Origin: Carpediemonas membranifera BICM | Lineage: Eukaryota > Protista > Fornicata | Assembly: GCA_019828565.1 (NCBI GenBank) | Contig: JAHDYR010000012.1 | Coordinates: forward strand, 124,001-188,000 | Length of the DNA stretch: 64,000 nt | Direction: 5' to 3' | In this document: positions 13,241 to 24,798 of the stretch, piece by piece | Layout of the letters: every line of letters begins with the position of its first letter | Position numbering within the stretch: position 1 is the stretch's first letter | The notes under the pieces: generated by a model | Told to the model about the DNA's origin: nothing | Databases searched by the model: none | The model's input: the letters and a program-made list of their open reading frames with translations, nothing else | Program-made: the position numbers and the translations under genes

Positions 13241-16200
13241 TGTGCTCGAGAGGACGGAAAAACAACTTGGTGCTTTAGTCAAAGAGAAGTCGACACAACA
13301 GTGTCGACCGGAATGGCGGATCGAATCGCCAATCAAATAAAATATTTGATTGGCACACTGCCACACTACCTCCCCAGAGGCGGAGCCCGAGACCTTCAAG
13401 AGCGGTCAAAGCTCATTTCCGCCTGGCGACAGGCGCACAGCGGGTCCTGCAGCAGGACACGGGCGGACATCTTGGCCGGGCACACCTTCCCTCAAGGCTC
13501 TGACGGGTGGGAGAGTAGAGACAACTTGTACTAGCACGGATCGTTTATTTGTTTGGGCAGGACGCTGAACCAATGTCCTGCCTTGACAGTAGCTTAGAGT
13601 TGCCAGCCATTGCGGCGGCAGGCGGCCTCGACTGGCTGTCTCCATGAAGGGCTGACGTTGAGAAAGTCGTCGAGAGCGGCCATCTGGGCTGTCTCAGCGT
13701 TGAGCGTGACCTCCGAATCCTCTGCTGACTCGCACCCGGCCCAGTGGACTAGGAGGTATATGGTCTTCGATCTGGCTGGACGACGGGCCGAGACGATGTG
13801 GTCTACGGCGTACTCCCCCTCTTGCTCGGCGACTAGGGTCTTGAGCTCGTCGAGGTCCGTGGAGCCAGTCCAGGCCTTGATGCGGCGGTCGGAAACTTCC
13901 ATGGTCTTATCGGTCGTGATGTGTTGGATGATCGACGACGACGTGTGGTCACCGCGGCGCAGATATCTGAACGGACCGCGCCAGTTTGCCTCGATCTTGG
14001 CGGACTTCGGGCGAAGGAGGAGTACGAGAGAGCCGGGCTCGTGCGTGGGGGGCACATTGGTGGGAATTGCAGCCTTCTTGGCGGCGTAGCGAGCGAGGGC
14101 TTCGCGGGCGGCCTTTAGGCGCGAAGGATCGGCCTTCCCTTCGGTGAATGGGAAGAGGATGTCCAGAGGAGAGGCCTTGGTGGACGAAACCTGCTTGGAA
14201 TTGAGGATAAGCTCGACAGAGGGCAGATGTTCGTCCCAGGGTTGCATCGTAGCGGGCTTGATGATCTTTTCGATCTCGAAGTTGTACCTTTCCACAATGC
14301 CGTTGGACTGTGGGCTGTAAGGGGCGGAAAAGCGGTGATTCAACGAGAGTGCGCATGTAAGCTCATCTATTAGCTTCGCTGTGAACTGCGAGCCGTTGTC
14401 GGACTGGATCTCGCGAGGTACGCCGTAGGCACCGCAGTAAGCATAAAGCGCGCGAGCGGCCGCGAGGGCGTCAGTGGACGTGGCTGGGAACAGTCTGATG
14501 TACCTGGAGAAGGTGTCCACGATCGAGATGATGTAGGAGTTTCCCGACGGCGTGGTGGGTAGGGGCCCAAGAGTGTCGACCTGAACTCTGTGGAAAGGAG
14601 CGTCCGAGGAGGATGGGTGATACGCGATGGGGCACTCTCTGGCAGGGGCATGCAGCTGGCAGTGGGGGCAGGCCTTGATCCAGCGTCTGATGTCTTTGTA
14701 CATGCCAGGCCACGTGGTCTTGGCGGCTTTGACACGGCGAATGCACTCGTCGACGCCGAAGTGTCCGACCGCGTCATTGTGGACGGCGGAGAACTTGTCG
14801 AAGTGAGGCTCTTGGACGACAGCGTTGACTACAGGCGCGTCGGGGAGGATCCGGGAGAGGACGTCTGCAATGACGTTGTCGACGCCACGGACGTGCTGAA
14901 TGGTGAAGCGAAACTCGGATAGTCGTAGGGCCCAGCGGAGAAGCTTTTTGACAGTCGGGGCCTTCCGTCTGAGTTGGACGAGGTTGCTATGGTCGGTGTG
15001 GACATGTAGGTCAGACTTGATCTGGAAGAGGGGTTCGAAGACCTTGTTGGTGAGGACAGAGATCACGGCATGCAACTCTTGTTCGTATGTTGACCAATTC
15101 GACATGGTCTTGTCGTAGGTCTTCTGGAAACAGGCCAGAATTGAGCGAGTACCGTCCTCCTCATCTTGTATTAGCACGCCTCCTTCGCCAAGTGATGAAG
15201 CGTCGGTGTAAATGTGCCAGGGTCTATCGAGGTCTGGGTATGTTAGGCTGATGTGAAGCGCCAACTGGGACTTGATGTCGTCAAAAGCAGTCAGTTGTTC
15301 CTCGCCGAAGACGAACTCGCCGGCTCTGAGTGACCGGTTGAGTGTGGCGAGTGACTTGGTGGCGTCAGGCAGGAACTGTGCGATGTAGTTGATCTTTCCG
15401 AGGATTGACTTCAACTCAGACTGGTCCCGGGGGGCCTGAGGCTGACGATGGCCTGGATGCGGTCGGGGTCGACATGTATGCCATTTCGGTCGACGATAAA
15501 GCCGACCGATCTGACCTCGGAGGCGCCGATGACGCATTTTGCGGGCGAGAGCTTGAGGTTATGCTCCCGCAAGGCCATGAATATGGTGCGCAGGTCGTCG
15601 ATGAACGTGTCATCTGAGTGGGCGGCCTCGAGGATGTCGTCGAGGTACGCCTTGCAGCGGCCGGTGGCAATGGCGGGTGCTATGACAGCCTGGATGGTAC
15701 GCTGGAAGTACGAGGGCGCCGAGGCAAGGCCGAACGGGACGCGGGTGTACTGTAGGTAGTCGTCTGGCGTGACAAAGGCGGAGAGGGCTTGTGAATCTTC
15801 GTGGAGGGGAAGCTGGTGATATCCCTTGACGAGGTCAAGAGCAGCGAACCACTTCGCGCCGCGCATGGACATCAGAAACTCTCTGATGTTAGGTAGCGGG
15901 AAGTGATCCTCCACGAGGTGCTTGTTCAGCTCCGAGTAGTCGACGCACATGCGTGTCTTGTCTTTCTGCTTGACGAGGACGATAGGTGAGGCGAAAGGGC
16001 CTTTGGAGGGAGTGACGATGCCATTCTGGGCGAGCTCCGCTACGATCTCCTTCGTCTTCTTCCTGTTATCAGGCGAGAGGCGGCGCGGCTTAATCTGCAC
16101 GAGGGTATCGTCCTTGACGTGCAAGACCATGGGGGAACGTTGGCCGGTTCAGGACCGAGCGGCTCGAAGATGTCTGAGAACTCTCGCAGAAGTGGCACGA

Positions 16201-17697
16201 CGCGAGAGCGGAGCTCGTCCGAGGGTATTTGGACTGACTGCCAGCCCGAGCGGTAGTCTGCAAGGGCTGACTGTAGCCTTGATCCGGACACCGAGAACAC
16301 TGGGAGGACGACGTCGTCAAGCCGCTGGCGTAGAGTGTGTGAGCCCAAGCGATAGGCCGTCTGAAGTGAGAACGCCGAGGTCTCTGAGAGTGTCGCACCC
16401 GATTAGAGGACACTGGCGGCCAGGGAGGATGATGAAACGGACGGAGACAGCGACAGGGAATCCGGCGAGGCCTGTGAAGAGGATGGGCGCATCTACGGCC
16501 TGATTGACGGTGATTGAGCTGCCGTCGGCGAGAGTGACCGACACGGGGTCGATGCTGGTGCGGGGGAGCTGCCATATCTTTGCGTAACGATCACTCGTGC
16601 ATGAGATTGCTGCGCCCGTGTCAATGATGGCTTGAAGTGGGACGTGCCGCATGAGGCGGGCACCTTAAGGGCGTCGGCTCCGCGACTTTTCGCGAAGTTG
16701 ACCTGTGTCTGGGGACCACGTGACTGACGAGAGGGGCAATCTCGGTCGAAGTGGTTGCCCTGACAGTGGCGACAGGGGCGTGCCGGCTGCCGGGTGTTGT
16801 CACCCGAGGGCCCGGTGTTGCCGTTATTGTTGGCTGGAGTGGAGCTCTGGGCGTAGTAGCCGTAGCGGAGAGCCTCCTCGCGGGCGTTGTCGTCGCGTTT
16901 GGCAACGCGGAGGGCAAGGCGCTGGAGATCATCCATGGCGGTGGGCTTGCGTTCAGCCTTCTTGAACTTCATGACCTCCTTGAAGGGCTTCGGACGTAGG
17001 TTGTCGGTGAAGATCCTCATACAGTCTTTCAGAAAGCCTGAGGGGGATTGAGGATCGGGATCGTCGTCATCAGGGGCATCACCGTCGACGTGCCTTACAG
17101 GGACGATGGCTGCTTCTTCGTAGTCGCTGTCGGAGCTGCTGTCGGATTCGGAGTCGGAGTCGTTGTCGTCATCACGTTGTAGTACGGTGTGCAGGTTAAA
17201 AACCTCGTTGAAGCGGTGGATATAGTCTCGGACTAGAACGATTCTAGACTTCTTGTGCGTTGCGTCCACGGCACAGACAATCTTATCGAGACGTTCCTTG
17301 AGTGAGAGTAGGTCTCTTGGAGCGATCAGACGCTCGATGAGGTGACCCACCTCTTCGTCAGTGAGCGTGTCCAGATCGGCATCGAACTGGAGCTCGAGGG
17401 CGTTGTAGAGGTCGTCGTCTAAAAACAGGGAGATCTTGGCCTCGGGGTAGTATACCTGGAACTTTCTGAATGAGCGCTTGGCGGCCCGCCAGGAGTCGGC
17501 GGAAAGACCGGCCAAGGGGATACTGGGCTGCTCTATGGGAGTAGGCAACACCATGATGGAGAGTATTAATACTGTGCTCGAGAGGACGGAAAAACAACTT
17601 GGTGCTTTAGTCAAAGAGAAGTCGACACAACAGTGTCGACCGGAATGGCGGATCGAATCGCCAATCAAATAAAATATTTGATTGGCACACTGCCACA
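13241..17697 (-). mobile_element. Ty3/gypsy chromovirus E, full length
   Basis: Identical 125-bp LTRs at 13241-13365 and 17573-17697; 4-bp TSD CGGC; PPT GGGGAGGTAG on the minus strand. Confidence 0.95.
13594..17554 (-). CDS. Element E Gag-PR-RT-RH-IN-chromodomain polyprotein (frameshifted in assembly)
   Basis: ATG 17554 (MVLPTP), CRHCQGNHFDRDC, IIDTGA, YLDD, YTDAS, CPHC, SDNG, NGIVERYN, YAVDHIV..LVHWAG. Confidence 0.87.
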
Positions 17698-17701
17698 CGG
17701 C

Positions 17702-18617
17702 TTTGACCTCGCTTTCCTTGAACTCATTTCCGTCCCTGCCCCTCCATGTCTTCCAGGTGGGTTCCCTGCCTCTGCTGACTCTAGCATACTGTTGCAAGAG
17801 GATCTCGCTGATGGCCGCCTTGTCCGTGGTTATCACTCCGTCCTTGAGGAGGCTCTCCGGCATTCCCTTGTATTGGTTGTCACACCACCACCTTCTGATG
17901 GCAGCTTCCACTGAGGCCCTTGAGGCCCTATACCCCCCTTTTGCACTTCTGCTGATGTCGGCCACCCATTTGGCCCTGCGCTCTCCCCAGTATTTCTCCA
18001 GCTCCTCTTTCATCCTTTCCTTCCTGGTCCTGTTGCCTATTTCTGTCCATGGGGTTCGCTGGAGTTCGCTCCACACTCCGTTCCCGAACACTTTGTCCCT
18101 TGCCTTTGCTCCCCTGTTGTTCACTGGGTCGCCCATGCATGCTCTTATAGTCTCTTCCCATTGGTCCGAGCTCTTGATCCTGTTCAGCTTTGAGACTGTG
18201 ACTGGCCCCTCCTTCTTTTCATGGGCCAGGTGTGCACCTCGGGTATGGCCAGAGCCACGTCTCGCTCACTTCTGCCATAGTACCGTTGTTCCTTCCATGC
18301 TAGTGTGATTCCATTGTGTGCTGAGCCCCATACCCCGACCTTCTGAGACTCTACCACCTCAATCTCCGCCCCCTGGATTCCTGGTGTTGTCACTGCAAAG
18401 TCCGGGGTTGATGTTCCTGATGTGAGCGTCCCAGACTTGGGTATGATGGCTTTGAGCCTGTGCTTCTCCATCATATCCTTCCACCGGGTGGATCTTTCCA
18501 TCTGGCCTGGGTCGATGTTCCAGTCTCCCATAATTATGGCCTCCATGCTCCCTTTCATGTCCATGATCTTCTGTATAGTGTCCCTGAATCCATCCTTCTC
18601 CTGCTTGCTGTGGCCGG
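17702..18617 (-). pseudogene. LINE APE endonuclease C-terminal half and linker
   Basis: IIMGDWN, TPDFAV, GSAHNGI motifs; truncated at the 5' end. Confidence 0.8.
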
Positions 18618-19967
18618 ATGGGCGCTGATGCTCTGAGCCGGATCGTGCACCTCAACGCCGCGGAGATCGATTCTGTCCACCAAGAACACATCGCCGCCTG
18701 CCACGGGGGGATAATGGGACATCTTGGCATCAAAGCTACGGCAGACCGGGTCGTCAGCCAGTTTGGTAGCTGGCCTGGCCTGACAAACGAGGTCAAGGCC
18801 TTCATTGAGCAATGCCCAGTGTGCCAGCTCACCCATCCCCGCCGCTCCCCTAAGGTCGCATCGCACAGGACAGCTGGCTCGACACCAATGAGCCGAGTAC
18901 AGCTCGATACGATAGGCCCTCTACCCGAAGCGGGTGGCATGCGACACGTCATCGTCGTAATCGACACATTCTCGAAGCTGACGTACCTCCACCCATCCCC
19001 ATCAACTGACGCTAGTTCCGCGGCAGACGCTATTCTCCAGTGGATCGCACTTCATGGTCGGCCCACTGAGTTACAAACGGACAACAGCACACAATTCGCC
19101 AACAAGACAATCACAGCTCTGAACGAGCGTCTTAAGGTGAAACATCATTTTAGTACACCGTACAGACCCGCGTCCAACGGCATCGTTGAACGATGCAACG
19201 CAGAGATCGTTCGGCATCTCCGTACACTCCTTCTCGAAGGCGCCGACGACGAGTGGCCATCACTCCTTCTTCCAATCGTGGCCCACATCATTAACTCTAC
19301 TCCGAACGCACGCAGCCACCTCTCTCCGTTCCAAGTCATCTACGGCGACCACCACAGGTTCCAAATCGCACCAATCGAGTCCGATCACGAGCTCATCGTC
19401 GCCTTCCAACGCTACATCAACGACATCCGAGAGGTACAAGAGGCAATGCTACGTTCCGAGAGGCCGCGCGACGGATACCGATACGCCACGGACAGTTTTG
19501 TCCTACTCCGACCCGTTGCTGCCCACTTGGGCAAGCTCAGCCGGCGCGCCCGTGGCCCGCTCCTGGTCGTGGGGGCAGGGACCGACCCGAACACATACGA
19601 GCTCCAAGATCTGTGCACGTTGACAACGTTCATCACCCACGCCGACAGAATGATTCCCTTCAACACCTCATTGCCGTACGACCAAGTCGTCGAACTAGCC
19701 GCGCGACAATCAGGCGAGTTCGTGGTCGAGGACATCGTGTCCCACGCCATCGTTGACGCCTGGCTCTACCTAACAATCAAGTGGGCCGGCTACGAGCCTG
19801 ACGAGAACACCATCGAACGTTTTGACCGCGACATCGACCAACTAGCGGCTCTCGACCGATATGTGGAGAAACAGCCAGACGTGCTACCTATCATCCGTAG
19901 CTGCCGGCTGACCATGAAGAGGGGTCGCCGCAGTTTGTCCGCGCAGATGCTGAAGAGATTAGAGTGA
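18618..19967 (+). CDS. Element B RNaseH end, integrase and chromodomain (N-terminally truncated pol)
   Basis: ADALSR, H..GH..CPVC, LDTIGP, TDNS, NGIVERCN, FVVEDIVSH..IKWAGY. Confidence 0.9.
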   Translation: MGADALSRIVHLNAAEIDSVHQEHIAACHGGIMGHLGIKATADRVVSQFGSWPGLTNEVKAFIEQCPVCQLTHPRRSPKVASHRTAGSTPMSRVQLDTIGPLPEAGGMRHVIVVIDTFSKLTYLHPSPSTDASSAADAILQWIALHGRPTELQTDNSTQFANKTITALNERLKVKHHFSTPYRPASNGIVERCNAEIVRHLRTLLLEGADDEWPSLLLPIVAHIINSTPNARSHLSPFQVIYGDHHRFQIAPIESDHELIVAFQRYINDIREVQEAMLRSERPRDGYRYATDSFVLLRPVAAHLGKLSRRARGPLLVVGAGTDPNTYELQDLCTLTTFITHADRMIPFNTSLPYDQVVELAARQSGEFVVEDIVSHAIVDAWLYLTIKWAGYEPDENTIERFDRDIDQLAALDRYVEKQPDVLPIIRSCRLTMKRGRRSLSAQMLKRLE

Positions 19968-20443
19968 AACCGCGATGCTCGCTCGTCGCCTACCATTTCA
20001 CCGAATTATCATCTTTTTTACCGATATTCATCCTCCCACAGCAGTTTGAAGGCGTTTCTCATGTTCGTAGTGTTCTTCGTCCCAGAAACACGAATGCTGC
20101 CACGTCCCTCCTTCGGCACGCATTACTACTGCGAGGTTTCGTTCCACTTTATATGGCCATTCATCACCGCTTGTTTCGAAGCCTTTCGGACATTTGCCAT
20201 TTTCCCCGTCTCTTCTCGTCGTCACCGATTCTCGTCGGTGAGCGACCTTCGAGACCAATGGTCATCACACCGAGTCCGCCTAACAACCGCATGCACACTG
20301 ATGCCACTTCTATTTTTTCGCCTCCTCTTACCTCCGTCCGTTCGTTCATCACCCGACTCCAGCTCAAGTCGTGCACTTTAGGACCTCGAGGACAAAAGTC
20401 CCCTTACCGGGCTTGATGATGCCTACTGACATCATGGGGGCAG

Positions 20444-20553
20444 TGTAGTGTCGCGTATACATTATATATTGGGTCTCGTTTAGTCATGTCGACACCCATT
20501 GTGTCGACTCTATAAATCACTCTCCCCTCCCGTTAGTGTTGTACAACACCACA
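20444..20553 (+). repeat. 3' LTR of element B
   Basis: Identical to 1095-1204. Confidence 0.95.
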
Positions 20554-20981
20554 GCAGCCTCTTGGAGACGCTTGCACGTCTGGAGAGCGACCTGGATGGT
20601 GCTGTTAAGGTCAAGCCCTGTAGCCGCCTCCTTGACTTCCCTACGGAGGTCCTCGTCCTGGATTCCCTTCACGAACATGCTGCGCATCACGGCGTCGGAG
20701 AAAGAGGGAGCCAAGACGGCCTTGCGGCTGATGAATCTGTTGGCATAGAGTGAGAGACGTCCCACGTCAATACCCTGGGTCGTTAGCTGGAAAAGACGGC
20801 GCTCTAGGATCGGATCAGTGGGCTTAATTGCGTTAGCAATCGCTCTGAAAACGAGGTCCTCTCTCTCATGTTTCTTACGCTTCTCGCCCGTCACTGTGTT
20901 GTGCTTCGCGCTCTTGTACGTCTTGGCTACGTCTACACCAACTGCTGCACAGTATGAGGTGACAGCCGGACCCAAACGCTT
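20554..20981 (-). pseudogene. Element A gag, middle fragment
   Basis: Homologous to F gag (GPAV...GVDV...DLVFRAIANAIKP...LFQL...MFVKGIQDEDLRREVK). Confidence 0.88.
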
Positions 20982-21943
20982 TGTGGTTTGACTATACCTG
21001 TTTTACTGGGAGAATAGACTTCGACACAGGGGTGTCGAAGTCAATCCATAAATGTTCTTAAATTGTACTGACTGACACTGCCCCTCCATGCTCAACTGAC
21101 TTGAGTATGAATAACTTGTGCCGGTAGGCCTCACAGGGGAAAGCCTGTGCTAACCTACTTCACCGTTGGCGGCTGGGGAATAGCCCAGTGCCCGGGAAGG
21201 GTACTCTGCCTTAGCTCGGTAACCCTTGCTTCACCGTCGCTAACTGTGGGTAGCACAGCAGCCGGAACACCGTTGACACACTCTTACTGCCACGTAAGGG
21301 TGTCCGGTACAACCGTAGTTGTTCTGTGGTGACGTATCTCCAAATTGATTGACTCAGAATTTCGTGGTACCACTGTGTAAGTATTGCGTCATACGCTCAA
21401 GGGTTAGTCTTACCCGGGCTTACCGCCCTCCCACGGGCCATTACTGGGCCGTATGGTCGTCGATTAGTTCATTCGGATCCTTAAAATGCACAAATGGCTT
21501 CAGTTCGAAACCACCATGGTATGCGGCCTTGAAAGCCCTCATTCTTACATAGCGTTCGAATAACGCCTCTAGAGGCCTCAAAGCCTCTTCGTTGCCGAGA
21601 TATGGCATTTTTTTGCTTTTCTCGTTCGTCGACAGTTGGGACGCCGCGAATATTGCTCTATAACACTAACAACATCAGTATTCGTCTCATAGACGTATAA
21701 ATATCGTGATTTTGCGGACTTATCGTCCTCAACAAGCGTTCATCGGGGTTCACCAAACGGACCCTTTCTCGGTCGGCGAATTCTGCCTAACCCGTCTGCT
21801 TTCGTAAATTACGCGTTGCACCATGCTATTCAGCGTCCTGACTTAGCTGTGTGGAGTCCTGGTCATGACCCAGGTCCTACGTTTTTGTATCATGTAACAC
21901 GTAAATGAAGTTTTGACCGCGGTTAATACTTCCATACGGCCTA

Positions 21944-23374
21944 ATGGAGAACCTTGTGCATGATTTGGACGCACTGATCGCTGATCTTGCTGGCAATGAC
22001 GGCAATCTGCCCGTTGCTGAACGTCTCCGCGCTCTGAAGCGCAAACACCAGTCCGTGCTCGTGCCGGACAGCACCGATATGCCCCAGAGACGTGCTCGTC
22101 CCGAGGAATCTTCCTCAGCACCCATTGTTGAGCCGTCATCGCCACAGGACGTCGTCATCGAGGTTCCTGCGGCTCGCGCGATCACCCGCCGGCACCCACC
22201 TGAGGATATCCGCCGCGTAACGGGTGTTGTCGTCGACGATGAAGGTACGCGTCGCACCTTGACCGGACGCGTCGTGGCTGTCGCCACTTGTTCTGCCCAA
22301 GCTGGTCATGCTGTCAGCACGGTTGAGGCCGCCCAGCGCCGGACCTCCAACCGCCCCGTCACCCGCCAGCTGCTCCGCGGGCACCTCCAAGGACCTCATC
22401 GGGCGGACCTGGCGGAGCGGGAAGCCCGTTTCCAGACCGTAATCGCTTCGGTCTCTGGTCGCGTCTCGAACTGCTTCGAGCTGCCCCTCCAGGGCATGCT
22501 GTCCCGTCTGAGGACCGGACAGGTCTTCAGCGCTGGCGATGAGGCTGGGGACCTCATGACGCGTCAGTCCCTCTTGCTCCTGACGGACTTCGTCACCGAC
22601 GCCGTCGTGGGCCGTGCACTGCGGTCCCACTTTGAGATCGACTCACCTGCCGATGTTGCCCTCGCCGAGGCTCTGCTCGCCTCTGACGGTGTCACGTCCG
22701 GCTGTTTCTCCCGATCTACGGTCGACGTCGTGGTAGCGACCCTGACCCGCATCACTCCCGATCTCGCTGATCGCCAGCCATCCTATCTCCGAACCCTGGC
22801 GAACCAGTCCCTGATGCGGATCATCATGATCTCTTCGCACCCTTCCTTGTACTGCTGTTGGATGGTGGCCCAGGCCCGTCGCGTCGACCGTCTGTCTGCT
22901 CACGAGGCGACACGGTTTGTGACGGACTACTACGCCCTGCTCACAAACGATCGCATCGCACGGATCGAGACCACGATCAGCGCTGCCGAGCTCGTGCCGC
23001 AGGTGTCTGACCCGTCACTCGACTATGTGATCGTCGAGTGCCTCAGGCACATTGAGCTGTACAACGAACAGTTCCGCGAAAGCTTCACCCTTGTGGTTAA
23101 GTATCAGAATTACGCCGTGCCTGGACTCACTCAGCTCACGCAATCCATGTGCACTTGCCTCCCGATCACCAACTACCTCACCAATGCCCGTCTTTGGCCG
23201 CGTGTTCGCCCTGAGTGGCACCCTGAGCTGCTCCTGGCCCGGCTGCGCGAGTCTGCTGGTGCGATCGACGAAGAATACATTCTGTTGGCTGCCTTACCCT
23301 GCCTTTTACAGGTACGTATAAGTGGTAGGCTTATGCTTTTCCGAGAAATATATCTAACGCTTCGCAGTCCTTGA
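21944..23374 (+). CDS. Antisense accessory protein of element F (476 aa, unknown function, chromodomain-like near C-terminus)
   Basis: Long ATG-initiated ORF between pol and the 3' LTR; aligns by eye with the equivalent ORF of element G. Confidence 0.8.
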   Translation: MENLVHDLDALIADLAGNDGNLPVAERLRALKRKHQSVLVPDSTDMPQRRARPEESSSAPIVEPSSPQDVVIEVPAARAITRRHPPEDIRRVTGVVVDDEGTRRTLTGRVVAVATCSAQAGHAVSTVEAAQRRTSNRPVTRQLLRGHLQGPHRADLAEREARFQTVIASVSGRVSNCFELPLQGMLSRLRTGQVFSAGDEAGDLMTRQSLLLLTDFVTDAVVGRALRSHFEIDSPADVALAEALLASDGVTSGCFSRSTVDVVVATLTRITPDLADRQPSYLRTLANQSLMRIIMISSHPSLYCCWMVAQARRVDRLSAHEATRFVTDYYALLTNDRIARIETTISAAELVPQVSDPSLDYVIVECLRHIELYNEQFRESFTLVVKYQNYAVPGLTQLTQSMCTCLPITNYLTNARLWPRVRPEWHPELLLARLRESAGAIDEEYILLAALPCLLQVRISGRLMLFREIYLTLRSP

Positions 23375-23845
23375 CGTTCTCGTAAGGCTCCCAAGTGTCC
23401 TCGCATGGCTCATACCCTTTCCAGTGCACGTGGAACTTCCTATTCTTGATCGACTTCTCATTGGATGAATCGTAAATGCACTCGACAACGTACTCGGCAT
23501 CAGTGGTCGCTGCCAGGGCCTGTGCTGAGTCGCGTGACAAGTCACCCTCGAAAGACCTCACGCGCTCGGATGCTACCCTGAACTCCTTACCCGAGTTCAC
23601 GTCTCTCACATTGTATGCTACCGGTAAGTTGTCGACGATAACCGGGCTCACTAGCTGCATTGGGCCTCGCCAACCTGCCGCAAGCTTGGAAGGTGGCTTA
23701 GTCGGATACTTCACCAGCACCCACTCTGAATCAATAACCGGCGGGGACCCAACCCGGTTGCGCGCGTCCTCTTGCATGGCTCGGATGCGTGCCGCGGCCA
23801 TCTGTCTCGCGAGTTTCACCGCCTCGCCATTATCTGCCGGATAGT
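23331..23845 (-). pseudogene. Element F integrase C-terminal remnant (GPY/F region and chromodomain)
   Basis: KLAAGWRGP, EYVVECI..FHVHWKGYEPCEDTWEPYENV. Confidence 0.88.
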
Positions 23846-24687
23846 CCGCACTTGATCTTATCTCTCTTACAGTCCCGGGCGAAGTGACCTTGCTTGCCGC
23901 AGTTCTGACACTGCTTACTGGCTCTGTCGGGCCGTCTCGTATCAGGCTGGAAACTGGAGTGGTTGTACGCGTGCGGTGGCTCAGGAGCTTGGCGTTGGAG
24001 GGGAGGCTGGTCAGGTCTTGCCTGTTGACGTTCTTGGCGGCCCGGACGGGCTCTGCTAGACTTGACGCGGCTTCCAGGATGTGTTAACGACACTGGATGG
24101 AGGGATGCGTATGATTCAGAGATGAGACGAGCTTCCTCGAGCTTCTTGCAGATCATAAGAGAGGTAATGAAGGTCTCATCGAGCGACATTCCGACTACGG
24201 CGTCTTTGACCTCCTCGCGGAGGAACTCGTCCAGGATTCCGTTCAGGAACATCTGGCGGATCGTAGCAGGCGCCAGATCAGGCTTGATGATGCGGTACCT
24301 TGTACGGAACTTGTCCAAGTACTGTGTGAAGCGCCCCGAATGGACGCCCTTCACAGAGAGCTGGAATAGTTGGCGCTGTAGGATAGCTGATTGAGGTTTG
24401 ATGGCGTCAACGACGGCCTGGAAAGCTAGGTCTTCCGCTCCGGACTTTTTCATACGGACTTGCGGTGCGCGAAAAATAAGGGAGGATGATGTCTTCTGTC
24501 TCCTCGCGCGGCGGTACACCTGCTTAACATCAACACCCGATGAACTGCAGAATGTTAGAACTGCAGGGCCTAAGCGCTTAATGAGGCGGCGCTTTCCACC
24601 GGCCTGAACATGTCTCGTTAGCTTTTCGTGAAATGCCAGAATGGCACTAATGCTTGGCTCGTTCACTGACGGGCCGTTTTCAGTCAT
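23830..24687 (-). CDS. Element F Gag (truncated within the second zinc knuckle)
   Basis: ATG 15 nt after the 5' LTR; CQNCGKQGHFARDC; homologous to A gag. Confidence 0.88.
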   Translation of the reverse strand: MTENGPSVNEPSISAILAFHEKLTRHVQAGGKRRLIKRLGPAVLTFCSSSGVDVKQVYRRARRQKTSSSLIFRAPQVRMKKSGAEDLAFQAVVDAIKPQSAILQRQLFQLSVKGVHSGRFTQYLDKFRTRYRIIKPDLAPATIRQMFLNGILDEFLREEVKDAVVGMSLDETFITSLMICKKLEEARLISESYASLHPVSLTHPGSRVKSSRARPGRQERQQARPDQPPLQRQAPEPPHAYNHSSFQPDTRRPDRASKQCQNCGKQGHFARDCKRDKIKCGLSGR

Positions 24688-24798
24688 TTGAAGTAATATT
24701 ACTGTGGTTTGACTATACCTGTTTTACTGGGAGAATAGACTTCGACACAGGGGTGTCGAAGTCAATCCATAAATGTTCTTAAATTGTACTGACTGACA

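Larger units (their letters stand above)
5682..18617 (-). mobile_element. 5'-truncated APE-type non-LTR retrotransposon (LINE), interrupted by D and E
   Basis: APE motifs GDWN / PDF / SAHNGI at 18184-18564. RT motifs APGPD, YRPISL, QAGF, LDIEKAYD, FVDD, YLG at 11407-13240. C-terminal CPLC. Removing E restores ESEVKAAIKRIRRDTAPGPD. The 3' boundary is inferred from base composition and a TTTC/TTC tail near 5682. Confidence 0.82.
1095..20553 (+). mobile_element. Ty3/gypsy chromovirus B (internally deleted; hosts the LINE, C, D and E)
   Basis: Identical 110-bp LTRs at 1095-1204 and 20444-20553 (TG..CA). 5-bp TSD GCAGC at 1090-1094 and 20554-20558. PPT GGGGGCAG precedes the 3' LTR. Gag stub from ATG 1220; integrase at 18618-19967. 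Confidence 0.93.
20982..24798 (-). mobile_element. Non-autonomous chromovirus F (gag, IN C-terminus and antisense accessory ORF)
   Basis: Identical 96-bp LTRs at 20982-21077 and 24703-24798; 4-bp TSD GCTT; PPT GGAGGGGCAG. PR, RT, RH and IN core are absent. Confidence 0.93.

Noticed and set aside
16493-18136. 547-aa ORF that looks like a LINE-Gag fusion
   Set aside because: Chance read-through across the E LTR; the real gag starts at 17554.
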